In this document: in pieces, positions 62,917 through 64,000 of the stretch
Layout of the letters: every line of letters starts with the position of its first letter
Position numbering within the stretch: position 1 is the stretch's first letter
Source of the DNA: Candidatus Latescibacterota bacterium
GTDB lineage: Bacteria; Latescibacterota; UBA2968
Reading direction: 5' to 3'
Assembly: GCA_965207885.1 (NCBI GenBank)
Contig: OZ242311.1
Span: 2,848,001 to 2,912,000 of the forward strand
Length of the DNA stretch: 64,000 bases
Notes under the pieces: generated by a model
Database searches by the model: none
Told to the model about the DNA's origin: nothing
The model's input: only the letters and a program-made list of their open reading frames with translations
Translations under genes and position numbers: made by a program

Positions 62917-62943
62917 CAGGCCGAAGTCGAGAAAGGTCACCGG

Positions 62944-63861
62944 ATGGATCATTCAGACATTTCTTGCCGAATGCCCCCATTGGCTTCCAGCTACTACCTG
63001 GAGAGAATTAGAGACGCCTTTCCAGATCTCATGTGGGCAAATTACCGAAGAGTTCAGACCATTGCCGATCCCGATCATGTAATGATTCTGTTGGACAATG
63101 GCATCGCTTTCCGGTTCGAGAACGATGAGGAAACAAATCTGACGAGGGAGCGGACCGTCCTGGATGCCCTTAGAAGCAACCTGAAGGCAATACCCGTTCC
63201 CGACTATGCATTCGTGCCGAAGGCGTCAGATTTTGCGGGATACCACACAATTCCGGGGACTCGACTTTCGCCGTGGCGGTTTTGGAGACTTTCCAAGGCG
63301 AACCGCAGCGAGGCCGCTCAGAGGCTGGGTGTTTTCATCAGCGAACTCCACAGCTACCCGATCACGAAGGCAAGAAGCCTCGGCGTAGAAGAGGGTGACG
63401 CATCGGTTAGGCGTCGCAGGATGTGGAAGGAGTTATTCGCTGAACGGGCAGACGAGCTTCAATGTGAGGTCCGCAATGTTTTCGAAGCATGGATCGAAAG
63501 AAGTGAAAGCATCAATCATTCATACGAGCCTGTGCTGGCTCATAACGACCTCTGGTACAAACACATCTATCATGATCCCTCGACCGGAAGACTTACTGGG
63601 ATCATAGACTGGGGGGACATCAAAATCACAGATCCCGCTAAGGATTTCTATGGGTTCTGGATATACGGAGAGTCATTCCTCGACGAGGTCTTGTCGCACT
63701 ACGCATACTGTGACGCAAATCTAAAAGACAGATCCTTTGAGCACTTTTGGGGAATCGCAATTAGTAGCTGGTTTAGCCGCCCCCCAGGCGGGAGATTCTT
63801 CAGGCGATCAACGTGGCAAGGTAGGCCGACCTCGGAATGGCCTATGGGGCAGGTGCGTTGA
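62944..63861 (+). CDS. Aminoglycoside phosphotransferase-family kinase
   Basis: HNDLWYKHI, GIIDWGD..DPAKD; start placed at MDHSD after RBS aagg. Confidence 0.85.
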   Translation: MDHSDISCRMPPLASSYYLERIRDAFPDLMWANYRRVQTIADPDHVMILLDNGIAFRFENDEETNLTRERTVLDALRSNLKAIPVPDYAFVPKASDFAGYHTIPGTRLSPWRFWRLSKANRSEAAQRLGVFISELHSYPITKARSLGVEEGDASVRRRRMWKELFAERADELQCEVRNVFEAWIERSESINHSYEPVLAHNDLWYKHIYHDPSTGRLTGIIDWGDIKITDPAKDFYGFWIYGESFLDEVLSHYAYCDANLKDRSFEHFWGIAISSWFSRPPGGRFFRRSTWQGRPTSEWPMGQVR

Positions 63862-64000
63862 TGGCAGGTCCCAAGTTTGGTAGACAAACAAATTTACTCT
63901 ACCCTTTCCAAGCTAATTTCGGAAACATCTTACAGATTGCCTGATACGATTACAGCCTTCCACCCCAACCTCCTTTTCATACTCTACCTCAATAATCCCC

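Overview
Bacterial chromosomal window of moderate GC. The backbone is housekeeping: mutS, mtaB, rpsA-plsC-cmk-rluB-scpB-scpA-trpS, gcvH-accC-accB-efp, bioB-mnmG-smpB-rph-rdgB, mutY, aroC, frr-tsf-rpsB-rpsI-rplM and ispH. Four accessory patches interrupt it. (1) 1-5160, downstream of mutS: an AAA/PD-(D/E)XK protein, an IS3 that truncates two different genes and lacks a target duplication, an ISAba1-like IS4 and a RelE-type toxin-antitoxin pair. (2) About 17.3-24.05 kb: a decaying defence island with an hsdM N-terminal relic, a doubly frameshifted ~1240-aa SIR2 (Dsr-like) gene, an intact DUF4365 nuclease coupled to a chimeric TPR protein, and an internally deleted AlbA/wHTH relic. (3) 48.45-50.09 kb, between rplM and ispH: a promoter-driven structured RNA/sORF with 15-nt complementarity to the canonical 16S 3' end, and a six-repeat YWTD (LDL-receptor-like) gene divergent from an XRE repressor with two operator-like palindromes. 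(4) 55.6-64 kb: co-oriented cassette-like genes with attC remnants and no integrase, including a P-loop/L-domain-repeat fusion. A second, apparently identical IS4 copy splits a SirB1-like gene. No tRNA, rRNA or CRISPR array was seen. The eukaryote-like repeat proteins suggest a host-associated lineage (inference only). All family calls are from motif recognition by eye; no database was searched.
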